Sequence record: OP729297.1
Length of the DNA stretch: 64,000 bases
Strand: one strand, 5' to 3'
In this document: one piece after another, positions 8,425 through 16,164 of the stretch
Layout of the letters: every line of letters starts with the position of its first letter
Position numbering within the stretch: position 1 is the first letter of the stretch
Translations under genes and position numbers: made by a program
The notes under the pieces: model-generated
Told to the model about the DNA's origin: nothing
What the model saw: only the letters and a program-made list of their open reading frames with translations
Database searches by the model: none

Positions 8425-9039
8425 TTACATTAATACGGTCATGCGAGCCAGAACAGGATAGTCGTCGTTGTGGCGCTTAATGCCGTTGTCTTTGTTGAGT
8501 TCGAATGCTGTGCGGTAGCGCTGAGTGAAAACGCCAACGCCATGATCGTGCTGCTTCACGTTATGATGAATATCGACAACGTGAATGCCTTTATCGTGCA
8601 GCGTCAGGCACAGGTCGGTCAGCGTACACATGCCACCGAAGTATTGAGTGAAACGCTGGCGGCTTTCGAGGTCAAGCGACAGCAGATTAGGATTGTTGCC
8701 TGATGCGTCATTCGACACGTTGAAACGCGGCACGTCTTTCAGGTCTTCTGCGTACATGTCGTACACATCAATACTGCCTTTCAGATCTTTCGGCATGACA
8801 GTCACAGGCATAGCGTGTGCGTCGGTCAGCGGGTCGAACGTAATGCGAACGTTGTGTTCGTCGATAGGCGTGATAGAGATGTTCTTTAACGCGAACGCAT
8901 TACGGTGGCCAGTGTCTACGTGTACGATCATACACTCACATTCCACCAGCTCTTGTACGTGCTTGGCGTCGATTGCAAAGTTACCAGCAGCCAGAGAAGC
9001 GTAAGAGCGTTTGGCGAAGAAAGTTTTAATAAGGTTCAT
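8425..9039 (-). CDS. hypothetical protein
   Basis: ~204 aa from MNLIKT. Confidence 0.75.
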   Translation of the reverse strand: MNLIKTFFAKRSYASLAAGNFAIDAKHVQELVECECMIVHVDTGHRNAFALKNISITPIDEHNVRITFDPLTDAHAMPVTVMPKDLKGSIDVYDMYAEDLKDVPRFNVSNDASGNNPNLLSLDLESRQRFTQYFGGMCTLTDLCLTLHDKGIHVVDIHHNVKQHDHGVGVFTQRYRTAFELNKDNGIKRHNDDYPVLARMTVLM

Positions 9040-9101
9040 GGCATGTTCTCTCAATTAGATTGTGAAGTAAGTGGCGCCGTAACGCCACAGTCAGACAAGG
9101 A

Positions 9102-9605
9102 TTAGAAAGCGATAGTGACGCCTTTAATGCGCGTTTTCAGGTTAGCTACGATTTCTTCTACAGTGAACTCGTCGAGCGTACCTGTTTTCTCGTCACTAAC
9201 GGTCAGACGTGCGGGGCGTGACTTGTACACAAACTTAGTATGACAGTCACGAAACGCTTCTGGTATAGCCGTATCGACTTCGCAGTAAATGCGATTAGTG
9301 CGCATCGCCGTAATTCTATCGCGCAACTCAGTTGGCAAACGGCGCATGCCAGAATCAATGAGGTTATCGTCAACACAGGACCAGTTGAAACGCGCCCAGC
9401 TTTGTTGAGTATCTGACTCAAGCAGGTTGATATCGACACGCGACAGGTGGTACATCTTAGATTCATCGGTCAGCAGACCTTCACCTACAATAGCAATAAC
9501 GCCGATAACTTTCTCGATGCGTTTTGCGTTGAAGCCGCGCATTAAAAATTCACGGTCGTACATATCTTTGGCGTTGAGGCGAATAATCAGGTATGATGTT
9601 TTCAT
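9102..9605 (-). CDS. hypothetical protein
   Basis: 167 aa ORF. Confidence 0.75.
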   Translation of the reverse strand: MKTSYLIIRLNAKDMYDREFLMRGFNAKRIEKVIGVIAIVGEGLLTDESKMYHLSRVDINLLESDTQQSWARFNWSCVDDNLIDSGMRRLPTELRDRITAMRTNRIYCEVDTAIPEAFRDCHTKFVYKSRPARLTVSDEKTGTLDEFTVEEIVANLKTRIKGVTIAF

Positions 9606-9625
9606 CGTTTAATCTCAGGCAGAAT

Positions 9626-9653
9626 AAAAAGAAGCGAGGCCGAAGCCCCGCTC
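9626..9653 (-). terminator. intrinsic terminator
   Basis: GAGCGGGGC-TTCG-GCCTCGCTTC followed by T-run. Confidence 0.8.
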
Positions 9654-9661
9654 AAACAACT

Positions 9662-9901
9662 TTACTTCACTTCTTCGACCGAACCTTCAAGGTCTTGTTC
9701 AGACAAGAAGCGTTTCAGATTGTCTTCATCGCCGATGATGTTCACTTCGGGGTAGCCGTTCGGCCCTTCGTTCTGCGACACGGTCAGACGCAGATCGTAT
9801 GGCGCCAGCCACTCATTAGACGATTGACCATCTTCGAAGATAACTTCTGTAGGTGATGCTACGTCTGCGATCAGATCAAGAACTACTTGTTTCTCAGCCA
9901 T
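9662..9901 (-). CDS. small acidic hypothetical protein
   Basis: Start moved to MAEKQVV after SD GAGG. Confidence 0.75.
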   Translation of the reverse strand: MAEKQVVLDLIADVASPTEVIFEDGQSSNEWLAPYDLRLTVSQNEGPNGYPEVNIIGDEDNLKRFLSEQDLEGSVEEVK

Positions 9902-9949
9902 TGTTATTGCCTCTTTCTGTGTTGAGCGCGTCATTGCGCTAGAGATTAC

Positions 9950-10005
9950 ATAATACGATAATGAGCGCCACATTGCTATGGCGCTTTTGACCAGCTTTGT
10001 GCAGA
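9950..10005 (-). promoter_or_regulatory. class A promoter candidate
   Basis: TCTGCA-N11-AAAAGCGC-N25-TATTAT. Confidence 0.65.
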
Positions 10006-10710
10006 TTACATCAGGTCGAGTGACTCGATTTCTTCTGAAATTTCGTCGAGGTCAGCAGAGCTGTATGAGTGATCATTCACGCCAGGGTAGCCAGCGTAGT
10101 GCAGGCTGTATTTCTCGTCGGTGCCTTCTACATCAGTATACGGCAGCGATAAGAAGAAGCCGTATTCATCACTGACTTCATCTTCTTCGGCGTCATAGCC
10201 AACTACCATAAGAATCAGATCGTCTTCGGCGCCGTTCGTTACGATCACCCGCGCATCGGTACGATCCATACGAGCGTTCAAAGTGTCGGCGAGTTTTTGC
10301 AGCATCTGACGATCAGATTCATTAAACACGCGGCTGGCACGTTCGATTTCTTCGTTCAGGTCAGCGGCGATTTCTGTCACGTCATCTTCGCTTACCATCT
10401 TGCCCCACTTCGTGGCTTCAACGCCAGTAAATGAAGCGTATACGAAAGCATCAGACGAATCGGCTTCAATTTGTTTTTCAGTCGGCGTGTAGATATCGAA
10501 AATTTCTTCGCCGTTCTGTGTAACGCGGAAACCGTTCGGGTCATTCACAAAATCAGGGCGCTCGCCGTACGGGTCGGTGCCGAAGAGGATTTGAAGTTTC
10601 AGGTCATAGCGACCGAGAGCGTTAAGCGCCGCAACAATTTTGTCGGCGTATGCGTTTAAGGTTGCTTCGTCTTTCGCGTTGAATGCTTTGTCAAAATCTG
10701 CTGCTTTCAT
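10006..10710 (-). CDS. acidic hypothetical protein
   Basis: Start moved to MKAADFD after SD AAGGGG. Confidence 0.8.
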   Translation of the reverse strand: MKAADFDKAFNAKDEATLNAYADKIVAALNALGRYDLKLQILFGTDPYGERPDFVNDPNGFRVTQNGEEIFDIYTPTEKQIEADSSDAFVYASFTGVEATKWGKMVSEDDVTEIAADLNEEIERASRVFNESDRQMLQKLADTLNARMDRTDARVIVTNGAEDDLILMVVGYDAEEDEVSDEYGFFLSLPYTDVEGTDEKYSLHYAGYPGVNDHSYSSADLDEISEEIESLDLM

Positions 10711-10763
10711 TGTATGCCCCTTAGCATGAGTTGTATGCGCTACGACATGTAGCGTCTGCATAT

Positions 10764-10819
10764 ATTGTATCACAGGCGCGTGTGCGTATAAAGAGCTATT
10801 TCAGCCTATTATTTGCAGA
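10764..10819 (-). promoter_or_regulatory. class A promoter candidate
   Basis: TCTGCA-N11-GAAATAGC-N22-TGATACAAT (extended -10). Confidence 0.7.
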
Positions 10820-10846
10820 CTTCACAGATCTGAGGGCATATAGACG

Positions 10847-10875
10847 CAAAAAGGGCAGCCGAAGCCACCCCTTTT
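10847..10875. terminator. bidirectional intrinsic terminator
   Basis: GGGTGGC-TTCG-GCTGCCC flanked by A and T runs; identical core at 43456 and 57358. Confidence 0.85.
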
Positions 10876-10877
10876 GA

Positions 10878-12518
10878 TTATGCTTTAGGACGCAGAATGC
10901 TCTTGTCCATCATACCCAGCAGGTCAACGATATCGAACGTTGCACCGACTTTTTTCTGCTTACCAGTAGCGCCAGTCTGAATAGTCCACGCGTTATCTGA
11001 CAGGCGGATCGTGTACAGCTTGCTACCAAGTGCAACGGTAACACCATCGGACGTTGTGTTAACCACAGAGTTACGCAGGTTAGAGTGCAGAGTATTACGC
11101 AGCGCATTGAAATATTCTTCACGCGCCTGCAATGGCTTTGCAGCGATCTTACGTGCGGTAACTTCTGCCAGTTCATCCACCAGCGTCACATCCGATTTAC
11201 CTGACGGCGTATATCCTGCGCTCTTAGCGACTGTGAGTTTTGGCTCAGTCTTGAAGTTGATGGTTTGGGCTTTCTGCTTCTTGGCCCATGCCATAAACTG
11301 TTTGGCCTGATCTTCGCTTGCGAATTTGAAGCTCGCGCTACCTGGCTGTTGGTGCTCCCAAACAAGGGTACCACCAATGGCAGTGACGCCACGCTGCAGG
11401 AATGATTCTGCCGTCTGATAACCAGATGTACCGTCATGATCGCTCGCAATAGAATCGCCTTGACGTGACAGGTTCAGTGACCACTCATGACCGTTCGAAG
11501 GTTGTTTGAAACTTAGCTCTACGGAATCTTTGCCTGTGTTTTTGCTCTTAACAAATTCAAAGGTCATTTTATTGATTTCGTCTGCCGTTGCAGTCTTCTG
11601 CTTACCGATAGCGTTTCGAACAACTCGTGAAGCACCTGCTGGAACTTTGCCAGACTTAGGCAGTTTCGCTTTTGCGTCAAAGGTCATACCGACTTTTCGT
11701 GCTCGCAGCCACTTAAACACTTTCGCCACGTTTGCAGCAGAACCCAGATCGAACGCAGCATCGCCAGCATCAGCCAGATACCAAACAGGCTTGACGCCAG
11801 TTGCTTTGAACGCTTCAACCAACAGACCAGCACCTTGCTCATGGCCGTTACCGTGAGAGGAAAGTCCGAGTTGAGTCGCTTGCTCACCTACACCTTTTCT
11901 GAACATCAGAGAGCTGGTGACTTCATGGCCACGGAAGAAGCGTCGAATTACAATAGAGTTAACGCCAATAGACTTGTTGTATGACGTGCTTGAAATTACA
12001 CTCACTTCATCTGTGGCTGGCGTCGCAGATCCCTTCTTCGGATCAATAACTTTGTTATCTACGGTAGTAGCTTCAGGTGCGCCTGGGTTGTCGAGCTTAA
12101 TCGGCTTCTCAACTTTGTTCCCAGCAGTACGACGTGCGCGAACCTCTTTGGTTTCCTGTACGCGAGCAGCAGCCACATCAGAGTGACCTTCGATCCACTT
12201 AACAGGAACGCGAATCAGTTTCAGTGCCTTGATAGAAGCAGTCAAAGTTTTCGCAACAGCAAACGCTTTGGCATTCTGGATGGTTTTCTTGCCCAAAGCA
12301 GAAGCACCGAATTTGATGATATCATCATCTTCGCCTTCTTTCATCAGCTTGAGCAGACCATCAAGGTGTGCAGAACGCAGTTCTTTGGCACGACTGAATT
12401 TGTCGAGCACGGCAACGATTGCGTGGCCCTTAGAGCCAAACAGAAATTCAGCAGCATCTTTCTGCGCTCGCGTTGGAGCGGAGGTGGATGCAACACCTTC
12501 AATCTTAATCAAAGACAT
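10878..12518 (-). CDS. Lys/Ala-rich protein, putative internal head protein
   Basis: 546 aa; N-terminus MSLIKIEGVASTSAPT resembles 50272 and 51222; CTAATTTT upstream. Confidence 0.8.
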   Translation of the reverse strand: MSLIKIEGVASTSAPTRAQKDAAEFLFGSKGHAIVAVLDKFSRAKELRSAHLDGLLKLMKEGEDDDIIKFGASALGKKTIQNAKAFAVAKTLTASIKALKLIRVPVKWIEGHSDVAAARVQETKEVRARRTAGNKVEKPIKLDNPGAPEATTVDNKVIDPKKGSATPATDEVSVISSTSYNKSIGVNSIVIRRFFRGHEVTSSLMFRKGVGEQATQLGLSSHGNGHEQGAGLLVEAFKATGVKPVWYLADAGDAAFDLGSAANVAKVFKWLRARKVGMTFDAKAKLPKSGKVPAGASRVVRNAIGKQKTATADEINKMTFEFVKSKNTGKDSVELSFKQPSNGHEWSLNLSRQGDSIASDHDGTSGYQTAESFLQRGVTAIGGTLVWEHQQPGSASFKFASEDQAKQFMAWAKKQKAQTINFKTEPKLTVAKSAGYTPSGKSDVTLVDELAEVTARKIAAKPLQAREEYFNALRNTLHSNLRNSVVNTTSDGVTVALGSKLYTIRLSDNAWTIQTGATGKQKKVGATFDIVDLLGMMDKSILRPKA

Positions 12519-12557
12519 GTTATTACCCCGAGTTCGGTTTGTGTGTATTGACAGGTC

Positions 12558-12565
12558 AAAATTAG
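12558..12565 (-). promoter_or_regulatory. class C motif CTAATTTT
   Basis: Intergenic, 39 nt before ATG. Confidence 0.6.
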
Positions 12566-12577
12566 CGTCAGAATAAG

Positions 12578-12612
12578 AAAAGGGCCATCAGATATTCTCT
12601 GAAAGCCCTTTT
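12578..12612. terminator. intrinsic terminator
   Basis: AAAAGGGC..TCAGA..TCTGA..GCCCTTTT hairpin. Confidence 0.7.
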
Positions 12613-12616
12613 ATCG

Positions 12617-12877
12617 TTAAGCAAGTAGCAACCGGAATTGAAGTGTATTGTCGCCTTCTATCTCATGCCATACAGCCTGACCAACCAGCTCTTGGCCATC
12701 AAAGAAAGAAACAACACTGGACGACTCTTGCACACTGCGGCAGTTTTTCGTTGCTGCCAGAAAATCTTCGCATTGTACGTTGGTCGCCTTCCGCTCACTA
12801 CAAGCGTTTACTTTATTATTGCACCAGTTCGAGGACCGTGCGTTGTACTTCAACCTGATAAGGCTACGACCGCACAT
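12617..12877 (-). CDS. hypothetical protein
   Basis: 86 aa; SD GGAG; CTAATTTC upstream at 12924-12931; terminator downstream. Confidence 0.6.
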   Translation of the reverse strand: MCGRSLIRLKYNARSSNWCNNKVNACSERKATNVQCEDFLAATKNCRSVQESSSVVSFFDGQELVGQAVWHEIEGDNTLQFRLLLA

Positions 12878-12951
12878 GTTATTTCTCCAATAACTCTACG
12901 TCAGCACTACTTGCCAACATATAGAAATTAGAGAGCAGGCTAAGAATATTC

Positions 12952-13719
12952 TTAAAAGCCCTTGAAGTCCCTGAGGATGTATTCTTCAAAGAATAGGCGT
13001 CGGAAGTCTTCGTGGAAGATGATACGGTGGTTCGTTTTGAACTCGCAGTCATCACACGCGAGTGACCACAGCAGGTTATGCACTTTGGATAGCAGGTAGT
13101 CCGTACGCACACAGAAGAACTCCAGGCCGATCGTAATCGTTTCGGCACGAAGCTCGTGGTATTGTTGATTGCTTTCGCACTTCATCAGTGCATCAAGGCT
13201 TACAGATGAAACCAAACCGCTGCGATATTCAATGTTGCGTCCACCCATGTGCATAAATGAAGCAGCGCCGTAGTCAAGAATAGCCTGCCACAAGTCCGGG
13301 TTTGAATACACCAAAGACAGCTCACTGTTTTTGAGGTCAGTATCACCTTCTTTCTGTTTCAGGCTGTCTATGATTTCTAGGACGCGTGTGGCAACCTTGT
13401 TCATTGTGTCGCTGCAAACATACGTTAGATCGTGCATCAACACAACGTGGGCGCCAGCGTAAGTATAGTCACGATGACTGATAGGCGGTTCGTCCACACC
13501 AAAGCAAATGAGAGTGTGTGGCAGATTGTTTGTATTCAGTAACTGCTTAACGTAGGCTTCGACTACACGTTTAGAAGTGCCGATGATCACGACAGGCTTT
13601 GACGTGCCGTAATTCAAGCCATTGTTTTCCAGTGCTCGCGCCATATGGCACAGAGAACGGACGTAAGGGTCAAACGATCCCATAGCAGGGATATACATAT
13701 GTTGTACACGAGATTTCAT
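12952..13719 (-). CDS. hypothetical protein
   Basis: Start moved to MKSRVQ after SD GGAGG. Confidence 0.75.
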   Translation of the reverse strand: MKSRVQHMYIPAMGSFDPYVRSLCHMARALENNGLNYGTSKPVVIIGTSKRVVEAYVKQLLNTNNLPHTLICFGVDEPPISHRDYTYAGAHVVLMHDLTYVCSDTMNKVATRVLEIIDSLKQKEGDTDLKNSELSLVYSNPDLWQAILDYGAASFMHMGGRNIEYRSGLVSSVSLDALMKCESNQQYHELRAETITIGLEFFCVRTDYLLSKVHNLLWSLACDDCEFKTNHRIIFHEDFRRLFFEEYILRDFKGF

Positions 13720-13765
13720 AATAGCCTCCGGGCATAACGCCCATACATGGAGTTGAGATAAAAAG

Positions 13766-14788
13766 TTATTCTGCGATAGTGCCACGAACAACACATGGTG
13801 GTACCCAGCGTGACTTTAATTCACGCTCACCCTTTAAAGGTCCGTACCAATAACTATGATGATGGCCTCTGCGTATATGCGCACGACGACCATTCGATTC
13901 ATGAGATTTCACTTCGCTTTCATAGGTACGAATTTCATTAAGCAACTCTGTACCCACATTCCACTCACGAACATCACGAACAGGAATGATTTTGTAACTG
14001 TTACCGCTACGTCTAGGTTTGAGTGATTTGATTCCTCCTTTATAGATATTGTCTACCTGTGATGCAACGAACAGCAGCACGTTAACGACAGGCTTCATGA
14101 GAGCCATGACAGCTCCAGTGATCTCAGGGCCGTTGTCAGAATTACTGTCAACACCAGTCGCGCCGTTAGCGCCTACAAGGTGCATGAACCAATCGAAACC
14201 ATCAGACAGTTCCATGTCTTTGGTAATGTCGAATATGATATAGAGCGACATTACTTGATTGCCTGTGCCATCATTATACACACCGAAGCAGGACAAGCTC
14301 AGGTGAGTTGCCTCTTGGTAGTTAACGTATGTTGCCCAGAACCCTTCAATATCAATTTCGTATTTGTTACCGGTCGCGGCATGTTTGTAGTCGAGTGTGA
14401 ACACACAATTGATCCACTGCGACCAGTGAGGTAATTGACGCAGCGTAGAGGTCGGCAGCACTTTAGGTGCATCACCCTCAATCAGATGCGGCCACAGTTC
14501 TTTCTCAATCACAAACGATGCTTTCGTAAAAGACCAAACGTAATGCGTATAGGTCGCTGACGAAATAAACATTAGCTGACGTGCTATGTCAGGATTGATC
14601 TCCGTTGGAATCATATTAGCCCAACGAACAAACTCTTCCATAGGGATTCCTAGGGAAGGGAGTTTACCGTTCTTGTTTTTCAGGTACTTAGTGAAGTGAT
14701 CGGTTATCTTTGATCGTGCTGCACCACGAGAGGCAGACTCCTGCAGGTATGCCTCATGTACTTGGACGAATGTTGCTTTTTCAGACAT
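13766..14788 (-). CDS. hypothetical phage protein with C-terminal RxHxRRGH motif
   Basis: Start moved to MSEKAT after SD GGGAG; C-terminal RRAHIRRGHHHSYWYG..WVPP. Confidence 0.8.
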   Translation of the reverse strand: MSEKATFVQVHEAYLQESASRGAARSKITDHFTKYLKNKNGKLPSLGIPMEEFVRWANMIPTEINPDIARQLMFISSATYTHYVWSFTKASFVIEKELWPHLIEGDAPKVLPTSTLRQLPHWSQWINCVFTLDYKHAATGNKYEIDIEGFWATYVNYQEATHLSLSCFGVYNDGTGNQVMSLYIIFDITKDMELSDGFDWFMHLVGANGATGVDSNSDNGPEITGAVMALMKPVVNVLLFVASQVDNIYKGGIKSLKPRRSGNSYKIIPVRDVREWNVGTELLNEIRTYESEVKSHESNGRRAHIRRGHHHSYWYGPLKGERELKSRWVPPCVVRGTIAE

Positions 14789-14802
14789 AGAAACTCCCAG
14801 AC

Positions 14803-14836
14803 AAAAAAAAAATGGGGAGGCCATCCGGCTCTCCCC
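14803..14836 (-). terminator. intrinsic terminator
   Basis: GGGGAGAGCC-GGAT-GGCCTCCCC followed by A and T10. Confidence 0.8.
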
Positions 14837-14884
14837 TGCCCAAGTCGGGCTAGACTACACACAGCATTTGTGTTCGGTTGGTGA

Positions 14885-15586
14885 TCAATATTTACAGATT
14901 ACGTTCATGAAGTAGTAGCGCATTAAGTCTGGATGCAGGATGCAGTTCTTTTTATATCTACGCAACATCTGAATGACTTTATGCAGGTCTTCATGGTGCA
15001 TGAACATGAAGTCACGACCAAACGTATAGGTTGTCGCATGGATCTCCTGAACGCGCTTTTCGAAATCTGGGTCAATTGCCATAGACACAAAGTTGTCTAC
15101 TGTGATGTTGGACTTTAGATCGAAGTCACCACAGGCCAGCTCAGGATTGCAGACGTCCAAGAAGTTTTTAAACTGAGTGTCTCGAACAATCGCCAGAAGT
15201 TTCTCGATTGCCGGTTCGCCGTAGATAGTGATTTGAGTGTCGTTAGTATGTACGGTACGACCAAGCGCATCAAAGATGCCAGCCAGAGAACTGGCGAGTC
15301 TCTCCAAACTTATGTGGAATAGACTTTCAGACAGCACGATAGGAAGTTGTGGGGGCGCTGTATGACCACGGAAACTAACAACAGAATCGTATGCAGTACC
15401 GACAATGCTTGAAGGAATATCCCGGCGGAGAATAGAGTACAGTGCATCGTTAGCACTACGTTCAGTGACGTCAATATAGAACAGCGTCTTGGTTGCAGCA
15501 TCAGGCTGTTTGGCCTGACGTGCGTAGCCATGAATTAATCCATGCAGAGCTTCGGTAGGTAAAATGTTAGTCTGAATCTTTTTCAT
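14885..15586 (-). CDS. hypothetical protein (possible degenerate LAGLIDADG fold)
   Basis: 233 aa, SD AGGAG; contains LAGIFDALG. Confidence 0.75.
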   Translation of the reverse strand: MKKIQTNILPTEALHGLIHGYARQAKQPDAATKTLFYIDVTERSANDALYSILRRDIPSSIVGTAYDSVVSFRGHTAPPQLPIVLSESLFHISLERLASSLAGIFDALGRTVHTNDTQITIYGEPAIEKLLAIVRDTQFKNFLDVCNPELACGDFDLKSNITVDNFVSMAIDPDFEKRVQEIHATTYTFGRDFMFMHHEDLHKVIQMLRRYKKNCILHPDLMRYYFMNVICKY

Positions 15587-15596
15587 AAATCACTCC

Positions 15597-15647
15597 TGGC
15601 GCATTGCCTATCGAGTTAGGTTGTTTGCTTGTGGCGCATTGCCTATC
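15597..15647. repeat. 16-nt direct repeat x2 in a 5' leader
   Basis: TGGCGCATTGCCTATC at 15597-15612 and 15632-15647. Confidence 0.9.
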
Positions 15648-15686
15648 AAGCGAGAGAATGTGGGAGGCATCCCTCCCACTATTGGT

Positions 15687-16115
15687 TTACAGTTTTACGC
15701 GGGCCGCGCTGTATGAGAGAATTGTGACACCCTCTTCAACATCGCTAACGTTTGCCACTGCAAGGCATGGCGCAACAGACTTGTCATTGACGACAACCTG
15801 TAGGCCGAGAATGCTGCCGACGTTACCAGCAGTGATATCTTCGACGCGAGCGATAGGGTCGAAGAAGTTTTCCAGGCCGTTGGTAGAGAAGCCCGCCACC
15901 AGATCAAGAGTTACCAATACGATTCGGCGGGTATCAGGCGCAGACTCTTCTGGCAGTGCTGACTGCAACAGAGAATAGACTGTATCGACATTGAACTCAG
16001 GTTCGCCTTCAACGTTAGGCACGATAGTTGGTGTACGAACCTCACTACCGTCTTCTTCGTTGGTTGTCACTGTTTCCAGATTAAGGATATCAGCAGTATA
16101 GATTTGAGTACGCAT
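15687..16115 (-). CDS. hypothetical protein
   Basis: 142 aa, SD GAGGAG, acidic. Confidence 0.8.
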   Translation of the reverse strand: MRTQIYTADILNLETVTTNEEDGSEVRTPTIVPNVEGEPEFNVDTVYSLLQSALPEESAPDTRRIVLVTLDLVAGFSTNGLENFFDPIARVEDITAGNVGSILGLQVVVNDKSVAPCLAVANVSDVEEGVTILSYSAARVKL

Positions 16116-16130
16116 TTGTTCTCCTCAAAC

Positions 16131-16157
16131 AAAAGAAGGGAGAGCCGAAGCCCTCCC
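16131..16157 (-). terminator. intrinsic terminator after recA
   Basis: GGGAGGGC-TTCG-GCTCTCCC followed by TTCTTTT. Confidence 0.8.
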
Positions 16158-16164
16158 GCGTTTA

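Noticed and set aside
12952-13719. P-loop ATPase call (VVIIGTSKR, VVLMHD)
   Set aside because: No intact Walker A; too degenerate to support.
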